Of a DNA stretch of 64,000 bases, positions 50,544 to 61,201 are shown in pieces. The notes below the pieces were generated by a model, which ran no database searches, was not told the DNA's origin, and was given only the letters and a program-made list of their open reading frames with translations. Position 1 is the stretch's first letter, and each line of letters starts with the position of its first letter. This DNA comes from Fistulifera solaris (taxonomy: Eukaryota), in assembly GCA_030295235.1 (NCBI GenBank), contig AP026136.1, positions 310,001-374,000 on the forward strand. The letters run 5' to 3'. Position numbers and translations under genes: made by a program.

Positions 50544-50926
50544 TACATTAGTCACTCAACAAAGAAAACCGGGATGATCTCCTTGTGAGACTGCGCAAGA
50601 ATCTCTTTGTGCGGATAACTGAACTTACTTTCAGCAGCGTTGGTTGTGGGATACCAAGTATTTTAGTCAAATCAAAAGCAAGAGTACTTGCTCTTAGAAG
50701 TGAGACGAACGCGACAAGCAAAGAATGCTTTTTCCAACCATAATGAAGCTACCGGTACCAGGTATTGCGGGTTAAATTCTGTCCGGAACTTTATTACTGT
50801 AAATAGGGTGCTGTGAAGATCATACACACTTATGCAGACAGGGAAATGCAGTCAAAGGATTGCAAATTGCAATCCGTGCAAATATTCTGACTCACATAAA
50901 ATCACAACTAAAAATTACAAAACTTC

Positions 50927-50998
50927 TACACCCAGTGTGGTTCGAACACACGACCTATTGCGTGTAAGGCAACCGCTCTTCCACTGAGCTATGGGTGC
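50927..50998 (-). tRNA. tRNA-Val (anticodon UAC), intronless
   Basis: Reverse complement GCACCCATAGCTCAGTGGAAGAGCGGTTGCCTTACACGCAATAGGTCGTGTGTTCGAACCACACTGGGTGTA folds into a cloverleaf: acceptor GCACCCA/TGGGTGT, TAC anticodon, GTTCGAA T-loop. T-runs follow downstream (Pol III terminator). Confidence 0.95.
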
Positions 50999-51062
50999 AC
51001 AAACACATTAGCCGTTTTAATGCATCATAATTTCTTTACTACTTTTATGGTGTCGACAAATC

Positions 51063-51113
51063 GGTACCGGTACCGGTACCGGTACCGGTACAGTACCGGG
51101 ACCAGTACCAGGG
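51063..51113. repeat. (GGTACC)n tandem palindrome array, degenerating at the right end
   Basis: ggtacc-ggtacc-ggtacc-ggtacc-ggtac-agtaccgggaccagtaccaggg. Confidence 0.9.
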
Positions 51114-51231
51114 AGAGAGTAAAACAGAGTCACACTGTTGTCATGGATGGACGCTAGACAGAGTCGTTTCCCAAGTACTTGTTGTATACTGGAGTAGTTG
51201 CTTGCTTCCCTTGGAGCAAAAACCCGGCACA

Positions 51232-51270
51232 TGAGCTATGGGTGCACTAACTCAACTATGGTTTTATTGC
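51232..51270 (-). pseudogene. Truncated duplicate of the tRNA-Val 5' end plus upstream flank
   Basis: TGAGCTATGGGTGCAC at 51232-51247 is identical to 50985-51000; about 23 further bp are similar (gttttattgc vs gttttaatgc). Confidence 0.65.
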
Positions 51271-51629
51271 TAAGGCCGATGCTAACTATGCATAAAAATG
51301 GAAAGTGGTACATGTCATCCGGTACCCCATTTCTGAACACCATTTTTGTTCAAAACCAAAATTGAATTTTTTGGCTAACCGAAGACGCTGTCCAAAATGG
51401 TGATTCCGATGGAGAACAGACAATTGCTCGCGCCAGCCGGACTTCCCCATTTCTCCACCAATAATTCGTACGCAACATTCATTGACTCACTTCTTTCAGC
51501 TCACTTCTTTATATCCGAGGATGATAACGATAACGTTCCTCTGTTCAAAATTTCATCATGTGACAACAAAAGCGCTGAAACTTATACAGAAGAGACCCTT
51601 ACAATATTTGGAATTAGGGAGACATCAAA

Positions 51630-52020
51630 ATGCCAATTTCGCGGAAAAAACAATTAATTGACGGAACTCGCGCTTTACAAGAAGGCGAGACTAACATGGC
51701 TCATCAAGATTTTCAACAAGGATTGAACATGATTCCGGATCATGAAGGATCGAAACAAGCGATGCAGCAATTGCTAGCCAAAGTTAAGCCCGCACTGGCA
51801 TCCATTCGGAACGAAATTTGCGGAATGCGGCTGTGGAAGTTCTTTGCCAGGCGCTGTTGGCGATGACCTTCAGTGATCCCAAATAGCCGCTTTCACATGA
51901 TGAGCCAGAGGAAGAGAGCGAATCATCCAGGCGTCGTAGAAAACGAACGAAGAACGGAAAAAAGAAATTCCACAAAAGAAATCTTAAACGAAACAGAAGA
52001 TGAGACGGTGCAAGCATCGC
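51630..52020 (+). pseudogene. Decayed coding fragment (TPR-like helix plus Arg/Lys-rich tail)
   Basis: AHQDFQQGLNMIPDHEGSKQAMQQL resembles a TPR; downstream frames give EEESESSRRRRKRTKNGKKKFHKR interrupted by stops and frame changes. Confidence 0.4.
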
Positions 52021-52566
52021 AATAAATCCAATAATAGTAGTACCAGAAAAGAAAACTATATTGATATCTGTAAAATAAAGATTAGAATTGACTTTGTGTT
52101 TTAGTTCCCCAGTCTTCATTGCGGTCCGTGGAGCTGTTCAGGTCACCTCTGCTGAGTTCATGGTCACTATCAGCAAAATTTGCCCTTCGAGGTCGAACGA
52201 TATTTTGTTGTCGTTGTTTTCTTTAAAGTTGTTCGAAGATGTTGTTCGAAGATGTGGCTTTCACACCCGCTGGTTTCTGCGCTCTTGATCTATATGCAGC
52301 TGTTATTTATCCTGCGTTCCTTACCTCGACCAGGGCTATCGCTGTCGTCATCCATTCAATCATCATCATCGTCCTCGTTTCTTGTGACGCTTGGAAATAC
52401 TCGTCCCATTGGTAACTTCTTCTACAGAATTGTCCTCCATCACACTGCCATACGGGAAACGAAAGATTCCATTGAGATAGGTATAAGCGACACTAACTTG
52501 GCTTCAAAAGTCAGAATGTAATGACATTCGACTCAATACTCAATTCTCCATTTTCACTTTTTTCAC

Positions 52567-52785
52567 ATATATTCCAATCTGGCACTTCGCGGAGTAGGCT
52601 TTGATTCTAGCTCTAGCTCTAGTGCTCATAGAGGGCAAGTCCAGAGCCCGTTTCCCAATTTGTGTTTGTGTTCCAATGTTGTCAAGCCAATTGGGAAACG
52701 GGCTCGGACTGGCCCTCTACTAGCGCACTAAGGCTAGAGAGTTAGAACCAAAGCTTACTCAGAGAAGTGTCAGATTGAAATATAT
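52567..52785. repeat. Long imperfect inverted repeat (foldback/MITE-like), ~95-bp arms and 28-nt loop
   Basis: Left arm atatattccaatctggcacttcgcggagtaggctttgattctag...gagcccgtttcccaatt (52567-52660) matches the reverse complement of 52689-52785 (aattgggaaacgggctc...gtgtcagattgaaatatat). Confidence 0.9.
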
Positions 52786-53066
52786 TTTCAATTTGTCTCA
52801 TGCATTGACCATTCATTAGAAGAACATGTCAAGCAAGAAGCTCTCTCGCTCTCACTGTACTGCTCTTAATCGTGACACAGACAGGTAATCCGCACGCAAA
52901 GAAAACCGCAATAAATCGAATAAGCATGTGACACTCGAGGTGATCTTGTACAAACAACAACCATGGAAATGAAAACTGGTCTATGATACCATGGCACATT
53001 TATCTGCGATTGTAACTGATTTAATATGGTGTTGCACCACTTAAATTCAGCTGACATCATTAAAAC

Positions 53067-53381
53067 AATAACCAAACACAATATAATATGGTTTTACGCT
53101 TAAATCGGACACGGATTGGCAACTTGCCCCGTACAAGCTTGCATATTTATGAATTGAGAAGACCACTTACAGAACTAGTCGATCGTCGAAGTTCCGTTCT
53201 GCCTCAAAAAATTAATTTCAAAAAATAGTAATTAATAATAAAACACAATATAATATGGAAATTCCGCTTAAATCGGCCAAACAAGCTTGCATATTCAATG
53301 ACTTTAAAAAAGCAGTTATAGAACTAGTCGATCGTCGATGTTCCGTTCTGCCTCATAGAATTAATTTCAAAGAATAGTAAT
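53067..53381. repeat. Imperfect tandem duplication, two units of ~165 and ~148 bp
   Basis: Both units share aaacacaatataatatgg, cgcttaaatcgg, acaagcttgcatatt, agaactagtcgatcgtcga.gttccgttctgcctca and aattaatttcaaa.aatagtaat. Confidence 0.9.
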
Positions 53382-54630
53382 GCATTTAATGGATACTTTG
53401 TAATTCAGGAAAGTTGCATCAAACAATACAAATTTCAAACCAAGCAAGAGTCAGCAGGATTAATCATACTTTAGTTCGCTCGATCTTTCGTATCAAGGCA
53501 ATGTAAGATTCAGCAGAAACTTGCATTACGACTACAGAGTGCCCAGATCGGGTTCAAGCATAGAATATCACGGAAGGGACGACGTTGATCTTAAAAAAGA
53601 CTGAGTAAAACAAGGTGTGAGAGGGATGTCAAGCAGCGAACGGCGCCATGGGAGAAGACTCCCTAGGTTAAGATAGGTTGCAAAGCTTGCATACTATAAG
53701 AACGCTCGAGTTATGCGAAGAAATGTCAGCGACACGTGCTGCTTCATTCGTTGCGCTTCGCATTGTAAGTGGTACAAACGCTTGACCTGCAAATGACTTT
53801 TTGAACATACATAACCTCCTTATAAAGCAATGGAAATCAAGCGTCCGTGATAAAAATTTGCTTGCAACAAATACTGACGCTTGAACTGTTAACAATTATT
53901 TAAAAGTTTTTGCTATTCAGGAACGAAACGTCGCTTTCATGACTCGGTTTTTTTCGCTTTACACAACTCTCTTGTATGCCTACAGCTCTTTTTACAAGGA
54001 TAGAAGTTTTTAAGGTACAAGGGAAGCCTTTAGGCACCATCTCAAGAAATTCTTATTCATGCTGCGAAATACCAATAAGGATGTCTTTAAATGCTTCATT
54101 TGCCTTCGTCTTTATGTTTTTGCGGGATTGAGCATAAAAACGGTGTTTTGAAGCTGCCTCCGGAGTTGCTGTCGGGTAGCGCTAGAATTCACTAGAGGTA
54201 GAGCTTAGACTTCCCAACAAAGTTTAAAATTTTATATATTTGAGAGAATGACAAAAAACTATTGAAGATGAGTCAGTTAAATGTCAAAACTGCATTCTGA
54301 TTTTTTCCGGAAAATAAGTTTTCGCGTAGTTGTGGCGCCTTACTTATTCCTGCTTAACCGCAGATTAAGAAATTCCAAACATGTCTGACTCATGAAACGT
54401 GGTTGCGTTGTCGGACAGCAAGTTCGGGTCTTAACTCATTTTTCAAATTGACATGCGAAGCATTTCTCTTCACACTTGTGCCACTGAAACAACTGCCATT
54501 TTTCGGCCTTCGGCGTACAAAACTGGCTACAGGTTAGCCTGAAATCGCATATATGCATCCCAGCTTATTGCAAGAATATTTCAGAAACCAATGACCATAA
54601 AATGCGATTATTCTATGAAAAACAGGGAGT

Positions 54631-55547
54631 TCACTTTGCCTTGCGCGTTTTCAAAGTTACTGCGTCAGGCAATTCCACCGCCTCAACAGTTTCGGCAGCC
54701 ATCTTGGCCCGCAACTCATCTTCATTGCCGCTATTGGGTTCGACCTTCACGCGCTTTGCACGACGCTTCTCGTTGCGGGGACGTCGTGTCTTTCCGCTCT
54801 TAGGCTCCGGCGCGTCGTCACTTCGACCCGTCATCTTCTGCCATTTCTTGAAACAGCTAAGACGACTTCGGTTGCCAAGCTTCTTGCTAATCGTGCTCCA
54901 GGGAATCTGAATACCTTGGCGGTCGACAATTTTCCCCAGGCTCACCATATCGGCATCTGGCTTTGCATTCAAAAACTCCCGAATATACTTCTGGAGCTCA
55001 ACCGTTTCCTCGTCTTTCCAACGACCTTTCAAGAATTCCTCGGACATCTCACGGTACTTGTCCCGGCAGGAATCTGCGCTACGATTTAGCTTTGCCTGAA
55101 TCGCGCTCCATTTCTCTTGCCCATGCGTTGAACCAAGTCTGATAAAAGAGTAGTTTCCTCCTCGGTCCACGCGCCTCTTTTGAAGGGATGCAACTGTGGA
55201 GTCGATTAATTAAACAGCAATGGTGGCAAATATGGAATTAAAGGGTTCAGCAGACCTACCTTTCGAATTCCGTGTCGATACACCGACTGGACGCTGCGCT
55301 GCGGCAGGCACTTCGAAATTTCCATCCAAGCACCTTTCAACTCCGCCTTGTGGTCGCATTCGGAGCAAAGACGAGCTACAGTGACATCTCTTGTGCGACA
55401 GAATTCTTCGATGGCATTCCGAATTTTCTCAGACTCTTCTTTAGAGAACTTGCCTGATTGCTTTATTGCTACAGGAGCACCAAATCCGTTCTTACCCCAT
55501 TTGCTGGTTCCATCTGCCGAATCGGCATCACATTCCTTGTGGCTCAT
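54631..55547 (-). CDS. Myb-domain protein of the DMTF1/TTF1/Reb1 type
   Basis: GKFSKEESEKIRNAIEEF, AWMEISKCLPQRSVQSVYRH, KRGAWTEEE, KWSAIQAKLNRSADSCRDKYR, KGRWKDEE, IPWSTISKKLGNRSRLSCFKKW. Intron 55194-55259; frameshift at ~55113. Confidence 0.85.
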
Positions 55548-56022
55548 GGTTGATGACTTTCAACGAGTGAAAGAATAGAATTTTCAAATTGAAAGAATGA
55601 TGGCAATCACCGGGTGCCGAAACCCGGAGAGTGATAATTATGATGTGAAATACGAGAGCAACACGGAACAATCAGATGAAGACAGAAAAGTCTACACGCC
55701 ATTTCGCGTAGAAGATGTACTGGTTTTTTGGGTATTTCCGGGTGTCACCGACGTGAACTAAACGAATGAATGGTCGATGAACAACGCGTAGAAAATGTAC
55801 CAGATGCAACCGTAGAAATGAATACGTTGCACTTCTACGGGCACAGTCTGTAAATGGGCCCAATTTTATGTAGTGGTGCGATATCATTGGCATTTTTGAC
55901 GGTTGAATTTTTGATGACACTTGTATTTTTTCGCTTCAGGAACAAGTTTGTACCTGATGGTGTATTGATCTCACAACTTTAGCAACAAGTCATATCTTAT
56001 ATTTCAGACAATTAGATTATTT

Positions 56023-57207
56023 ATGTCAAACGCCGTTACCTCAAACCCGTTACTTGTAGCGAGTTACGCGTACATTGCGCTCGTGTGGGGAGTCTCACAA
56101 CTCGTGTACGTTCCGTTTGTGGCCCATCTGTTAAGCTTAGTAACGGCGATTCTATATGCTTCCTGTCATGCTTCACTCGGGCTTCTTTTGAAGGAAGTAG
56201 ACGAGGCAAATTCGAGTAGTGAACACAGTTCGAGCACAGATAAAGCGTCCGTCAGCTCTGAAACTCTCAAGCAGTCGGATGCCTACCAGTTTCCTCTTTT
56301 TGGAAGCTTGTCCTTGTTTTCTCTCTATCTGGCTTTCAAATTTTTGGATAAAGAGCTAGTCAATTTGGCGATTGGCGCATATTTCCTTTTGTCGGATGCT
56401 TTGCGTTGACTATGACAGTTGTTCCGCTTGTTGAGAAAGTGACTCCTGAATCATTCCGTCGGCAGCATCAGCTGACCTTTGTGACAAAGCTTCCAGAATG
56501 GATAACGCAAGGAGCAACTGGGGAATTTAACTTTGCTGGAGTTCTGGCATTTCTTGGATCTGCCGGGGTATGTTCACTTTACTTCATGTTGGGCAAGCCT
56601 TGGTATTTGAACAATGTGCTAGGGATTTCCTTTTGCCTTCAGGGCGTCGAACGATTCAGCCTAGGAAGCTATAAAATCGGCGCTATTCTTTTGATCGGAC
56701 TCTTCTTTTACGATATCTTCTGGGTGTTTGGAACAGAAGTCATGGTTACCGTCGCAAAGAATCTCGACGGTCCAATTAAGCTTCTTTTTCCTCGAGGAAG
56801 CCTCCTCCCAAAAAAACGGTGAGCTGGGTAACGCTCCAGAGCTATCTCTGCTGGGGCTGGGAGACATTGTTATTCCTGGGTTCTTCTTGGCATTGTTGCT
56901 TCGTTTTGATGCGCATCGTGCCCAGGTGAAAATCCGATCCCCATCGGATGTCCATTTATCTTTTCCAAAACCTTACTTTGTATCAGCATTGATCGCTTAC
57001 ATCCTTGGACTGGCAACCACACTCTTCGTCATGTTCTACTTCAATGCAGCACAACCAGCATTGCTATATCTTGTCCCTGCCTGTCTATTTAGCTCCTTGT
57101 TGTGTGCTTCTGTTCGAGGGGAAATTAAGCAGCTTTTCGATTATACAGAGGAGGAAGAGGAAGAAGATGCTACAAAGAACGGAGACGATGCGAAGAAGGA
57201 CAAATAA
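56023..57207 (+). CDS. SPP: Signal peptide peptidase (A22B aspartyl intramembrane protease)
   Basis: YDIFWVFGT (YD), LGLGDIVIPG (GxGD), QPALLYLVP, C-terminal KKDK ER-retrieval signal. Frameshifts at ~56390 and ~56815. Confidence 0.93.
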
Positions 57208-57254
57208 CACGGAGAAAAACCATTAATAAATTCAGCTTATGCTTTAAAAAGAGC

Positions 57255-57680
57255 TTAGCTTTTCCTTCGCTTCTTTTTCGAGCCTTTTATTGACTTGATT
57301 TCCTCCGACAGCCGCTTCGGGGCTTTTTGGCTCTCTTTCTCGTCATCATGTGACGCATTATTGACTTCGTCTTGATTCCCTTTCTCATATTTGCTTTGTT
57401 GTCGTCTCGTCTCGGCTGTTTCCTTTTCTTGGTTCTGCGCTTGCTTCAAAAGGGACCGCATTTGATTCAATCGGGCGCGTAATTCATCATCCGGCTTCTT
57501 TCCTCGTAACCGAGCGCCCATGAAGCAAAGTGTCCCTAGTGTCAAGGCAATAGCTGCATTGCATGCAGCACTTCGATCTTCTTGGCGACGTCGTAAAAAC
57601 GGTTCGAGTTTCGCTTTGATCTCGTCTGTGGACTGACTTACAGCTGCCAAGGCCTCGATCGCTTTGTGGGTTGATTCCAT
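57255..57680 (-). CDS. C1D/Rrp47-like (Sas10/Utp3/C1D domain) small nuclear protein
   Basis: AACNAAIALTLGTLCFMGARLRGKKPDDELRARLNQMRSLLKQ and a basic C-terminal NLS-like tail KKKRRKS. Confidence 0.6.
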   Translation of the reverse strand: MESTHKAIEALAAVSQSTDEIKAKLEPFLRRRQEDRSAACNAAIALTLGTLCFMGARLRGKKPDDELRARLNQMRSLLKQAQNQEKETAETRRQQSKYEKGNQDEVNNASHDDEKESQKAPKRLSEEIKSIKGSKKKRRKS

Positions 57681-58106
57681 TCTATATCCGTTGTACCAAT
57701 TGAATCGATCCGGGTCGTTATCGTGTAAATTGCGCTACGATGGTCGCCTCAACCTATTTTCATAAATAATAGCTGTGGGCTAAGTGGGACGTTTTGTTCT
57801 TCAGTTTTCGTGGTTGCAAGGACGCCCTTTTGAGTTTTGAGTTTACTTCTGCGAGGGTTTTTAGTTAGGGTACTGAGTTTGTGGGCACAACCGTACTGTA
57901 CGTAGTAACCTTAGAAATAGTAATTTTCGCCTTTAACCTTAGCGTGAAACGCTCCTCACCCACGACCCACGCTAATGTTTATACTGCCGCGAGGTGATGC
58001 AACGCATTGATAACAATGAGAAGTGGATGCACGCAATAACGAGATTATCGATCTGATAGATGAGAATCATTCGCAATGTATTCGCCATTTCTCGTATTCA
58101 AGGAAT

Positions 58107-61100
58107 ATGTCATCCACCAGTAAGCAGCGTCTGCTGCGGCATGATCGGGCGTTAGAAGCATTGCTTCATAAACGAGTGGGAAAGAACACCGAACAAGCTC
58201 GTCGGTCGGCTGAATTGGCTGCTGAACAAATTTGGAAAACACTACAAGATCGATCGCACAATACTCTCGCAAGTTCCCCTTTCACCGGTATTTCCCCCTC
58301 TTTGGATCAGTGTTCAATCGATAGCTCTCAAGAGAGCAACGCAAGTTCCTCTGAGCGAGCCATAAGACGAGGTTGGAGAAGAGGAGCAAGGGATACCAAT
58401 GAGGCGGATAGTGTGTTACGTGACGTGCTTGGCGCGGAACTGCCATCAGTAGACGAGACTACAGCTACTTTACTGACTGGAGATATTCTTGCCGAGAGAA
58501 GAGTGCTGAAGGGAGGGAAAAGGAAGCGAGGACTGTTTCAAAGAACGTCGAGATCATCTGGATCTACTATTTTTCGAAGTCGGAAGCACGAGAGCGATGA
58601 TGGTCATGCTTGGATGTGCGGAGTGTGTGGACAAGCATTTGCGACACACGAGGCGGCGGATCAGCACGAAACCAAGCACGTTCAGGATGTGGTGGATAGT
58701 CTTGGTTGGGGTTCAAGTCGTACTGCACTCAGAGAAGTTTCCTTTCCTGATGCGAGTGACGGTACACGTCTGCAGCGACAAATGCAGTTGAATATTCAAC
58801 ATCCTATCTCTACTTTAGAACAATGGGGGAAGGAAGATGAAGTTCTAGAGCAGCAACAAGTTCGCGTAGGAGTTGAAGGTCTTCCTTCAGATGAAATCTC
58901 ACTACTAGGATCCTTTCTGAAAAAGGGCCTGGAGTATGATGCCTCATCCTCGATCGGCAATGCCCTTGTCCCGAAACGAAGAGCAAGCACATTCTCAGAC
59001 AATGTTCGCTATAAAACAAATGCTGATCCGCTGTTGGTGAACACACAGTCTAACTTAAACAGGGATCAAGGCAACGTTTTATTGCTATCGAAAAGCGTTC
59101 TTAACTCTGCGGTTCTTGCGGATGAGGCTTTAATTTCCGTTTGTCGTCAAGCTGAAAAGAGTATACTCAGTGCGAGCGAAAAACGGGCAGAACGCGAACT
59201 TGATTACTTAAGTCAGGATAAAGCGTATTATGATAAGTTAGCGGCAATCGCGGCCGCTCGTCAGGCGCGACCAACCGACAAGTACAGGTCAGATGGGGAC
59301 GGAGTAATCGGGAAGGTACAAAACAAGTTCCTCGATGCGTATCAAATCATGAAAGAAACGGACCAAGGCGGTGCAAAAACAGGATTAACTTCAACGGATC
59401 AATATGACAAGAGGTGGAGGCAACCTGATGGAAACGAGGCTGACGACATCATCCGCCATTCCAGCCAGACCATGTACGTGAACGTCATGGTTAGAAACAG
59501 TATTGTTGTAGTGAAAAGAGAATTAGAGCGACTCGCCGACAAACGTTGGGAGAAATCAGAGAATAATCAACTGGATCGGTTCGAGCGCTTCCGTGTGTTT
59601 GCTCACTTGAACATCGTGAAACTAGCAGGCATTGCTTTGGCGAGTGATTTTACGGTAAGTTGCTGTTTATATGCTCCTGGCTCTGTTGCCCCTGCTGACA
59701 ATTGGTTCACTGTCGCAGCCGCGAAGGATCGCCGTTCAACTATCGAATGACCTCTACAGATTACTGACACCGAGACTCCAGCGACGGGGAGTAAATATCG
59801 AGACTGAAATAGAATATCGCGTCGGACCCTATTTTGTGCTTGCAGTGAATGTGACATCGATCGACTGGGTCAGATTAATCAAGGCAACGCACAAGGATGT
59901 AGAACGTCGACAGGCTCGATGGAGGAAAGAGAGAAAAGAACACAACGACGAATACGAGGCCTCTGGTCAAGAGAGTCTGCTTACCCGTCTAAAAAACTAC
60001 GGCTCGGGAATCCGGGACAAGTCTCTAAATGATTGGATCGAGCAAAGTTTTTACTTGCTCTACTTCCTGCATTGGAGTATCTACTTACCATTGTGCTACA
60101 TCGTGTATTACGGCATTTTGGGACGAAGTATTCGAAATTTCATCATTTCCAGTGTGACCGATGAAATTTTCTTTTATGCTGAGAAAAGAGGTATGGAGAT
60201 GGAAATTCGTATTCGTGAAGCAACGAAACAGACTGCCTTTATGCTTTCTGCTTTACGTGAGATCCGAGCGGATGGCCGCGCTTTAGCAAAGCGACGGCAG
60301 GAGAGTGAAAAGCAAGAGAAGGGCAAACTTTTGGGTCCTTTGCTAGGTCCGGCGATAAAGAGTGACTCTGAACCCGCCATCAAACCCGACGGATTTGTTG
60401 TCCCTGACAATTTGGAGTTCATTGGCTTAGAGCTCGACCTTCCTGTCGGTTTCAAGCGGCTGCGTTGGGCTTTGCTTAGTAACCAGTCGACCTTTGTTCT
60501 CGAGGCATTGTACAAGGCAGAGGCGAAATACGAGAATATATCACTAGGAAGGTGGGATAAGCATGCCGAGCACATCGGATTGCCGGTGCTGCCAGACTCG
60601 GTCAAAGAGGAAGATTTTATTGGTTCTACGAAAGAAGGTAGTTATCTTATGCCCAAATCCGCGTTCGTGGCAGCTAACACGTAAGTGCAGATCGAGAACT
60701 GCGGACCATCTCGCTGTGTTCACCATCGAAATCTAACTAATCTTCGCTCTGTCCACTGCAATTTGCTACTTGCAGATGCTACGAGACACATTTCCTTGTG
60801 GCATATAATGACTACTGCTTCTGTCTTAAAAAAAGAGGTAAGAATACTCAAGCTAAATTGACCTCCTCTCATTACCTTAGACTCATTCACGCAAAATTGC
60901 AGCCCGGAACCCTGAGGCTCCGTTTGGAAAGTCATTCGTTGCATGGACACAGTATCTAGTTGTAAATTTAGGAAACAATTCTTGTCGCTTGGTATGCAGC
61001 GTCGAAGCTGAATTTCCAAATGGCGAACCCATGGTGGCTAGACAAATCAGATCAGGGATGCGAGCAGGCACCGGAGATCTTTTCGTTTTAACAGGAGAAA

Positions 61101-61132
61101 CTATTTCGAAGTACGCTGCTGAGTATCCGTAA
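58107..61132 (+). CDS. Large protein with a C2H2 zinc finger, a hydrophobic segment and a C-terminal VASt/StARkin-like domain
   Basis: WMCGVCGQAFATHEAADQHETKH; SFYLLYFLHWSIYLPLCYIVYYGILG; C-terminus SYLMPKSAFVAANTCYETH...NPEAPFGKSFVAWTQYLV...CRLVCSVEAEF...MVARQIRSG. GT-AG introns 59655-59718, 60681-60775 and 60838-60902 give one continuous frame to TAA at 61132. Confidence 0.8.
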
Positions 61133-61201
61133 GACCGCGTCCTTCACCTAGCTAATTGAATCAAACTAATTACCTTATGAGTATGGAGTACTAAGCAGCA
61201 T

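Noticed and set aside
51120..51231. Possible snRNA/snoRNA between the tRNA and its partial copy
   Set aside because: No U1/U2/U6 signature or convincing C/D or H/ACA boxes were seen; an Infernal/Rfam scan would be needed to exclude one.
51063..53381. CRISPR-like interpretation of the repeats
   Set aside because: No regularly spaced repeat-spacer structure, no cas genes, and a eukaryotic context.
16195..57680. Apparent cluster of tRNA/RNA-related genes (LeuRS, NSUN2, TrmB, tRNA-Val, C1D)
   Set aside because: They are spread over 40 kb among unrelated genes, which is compatible with chance in a compact eukaryotic genome.
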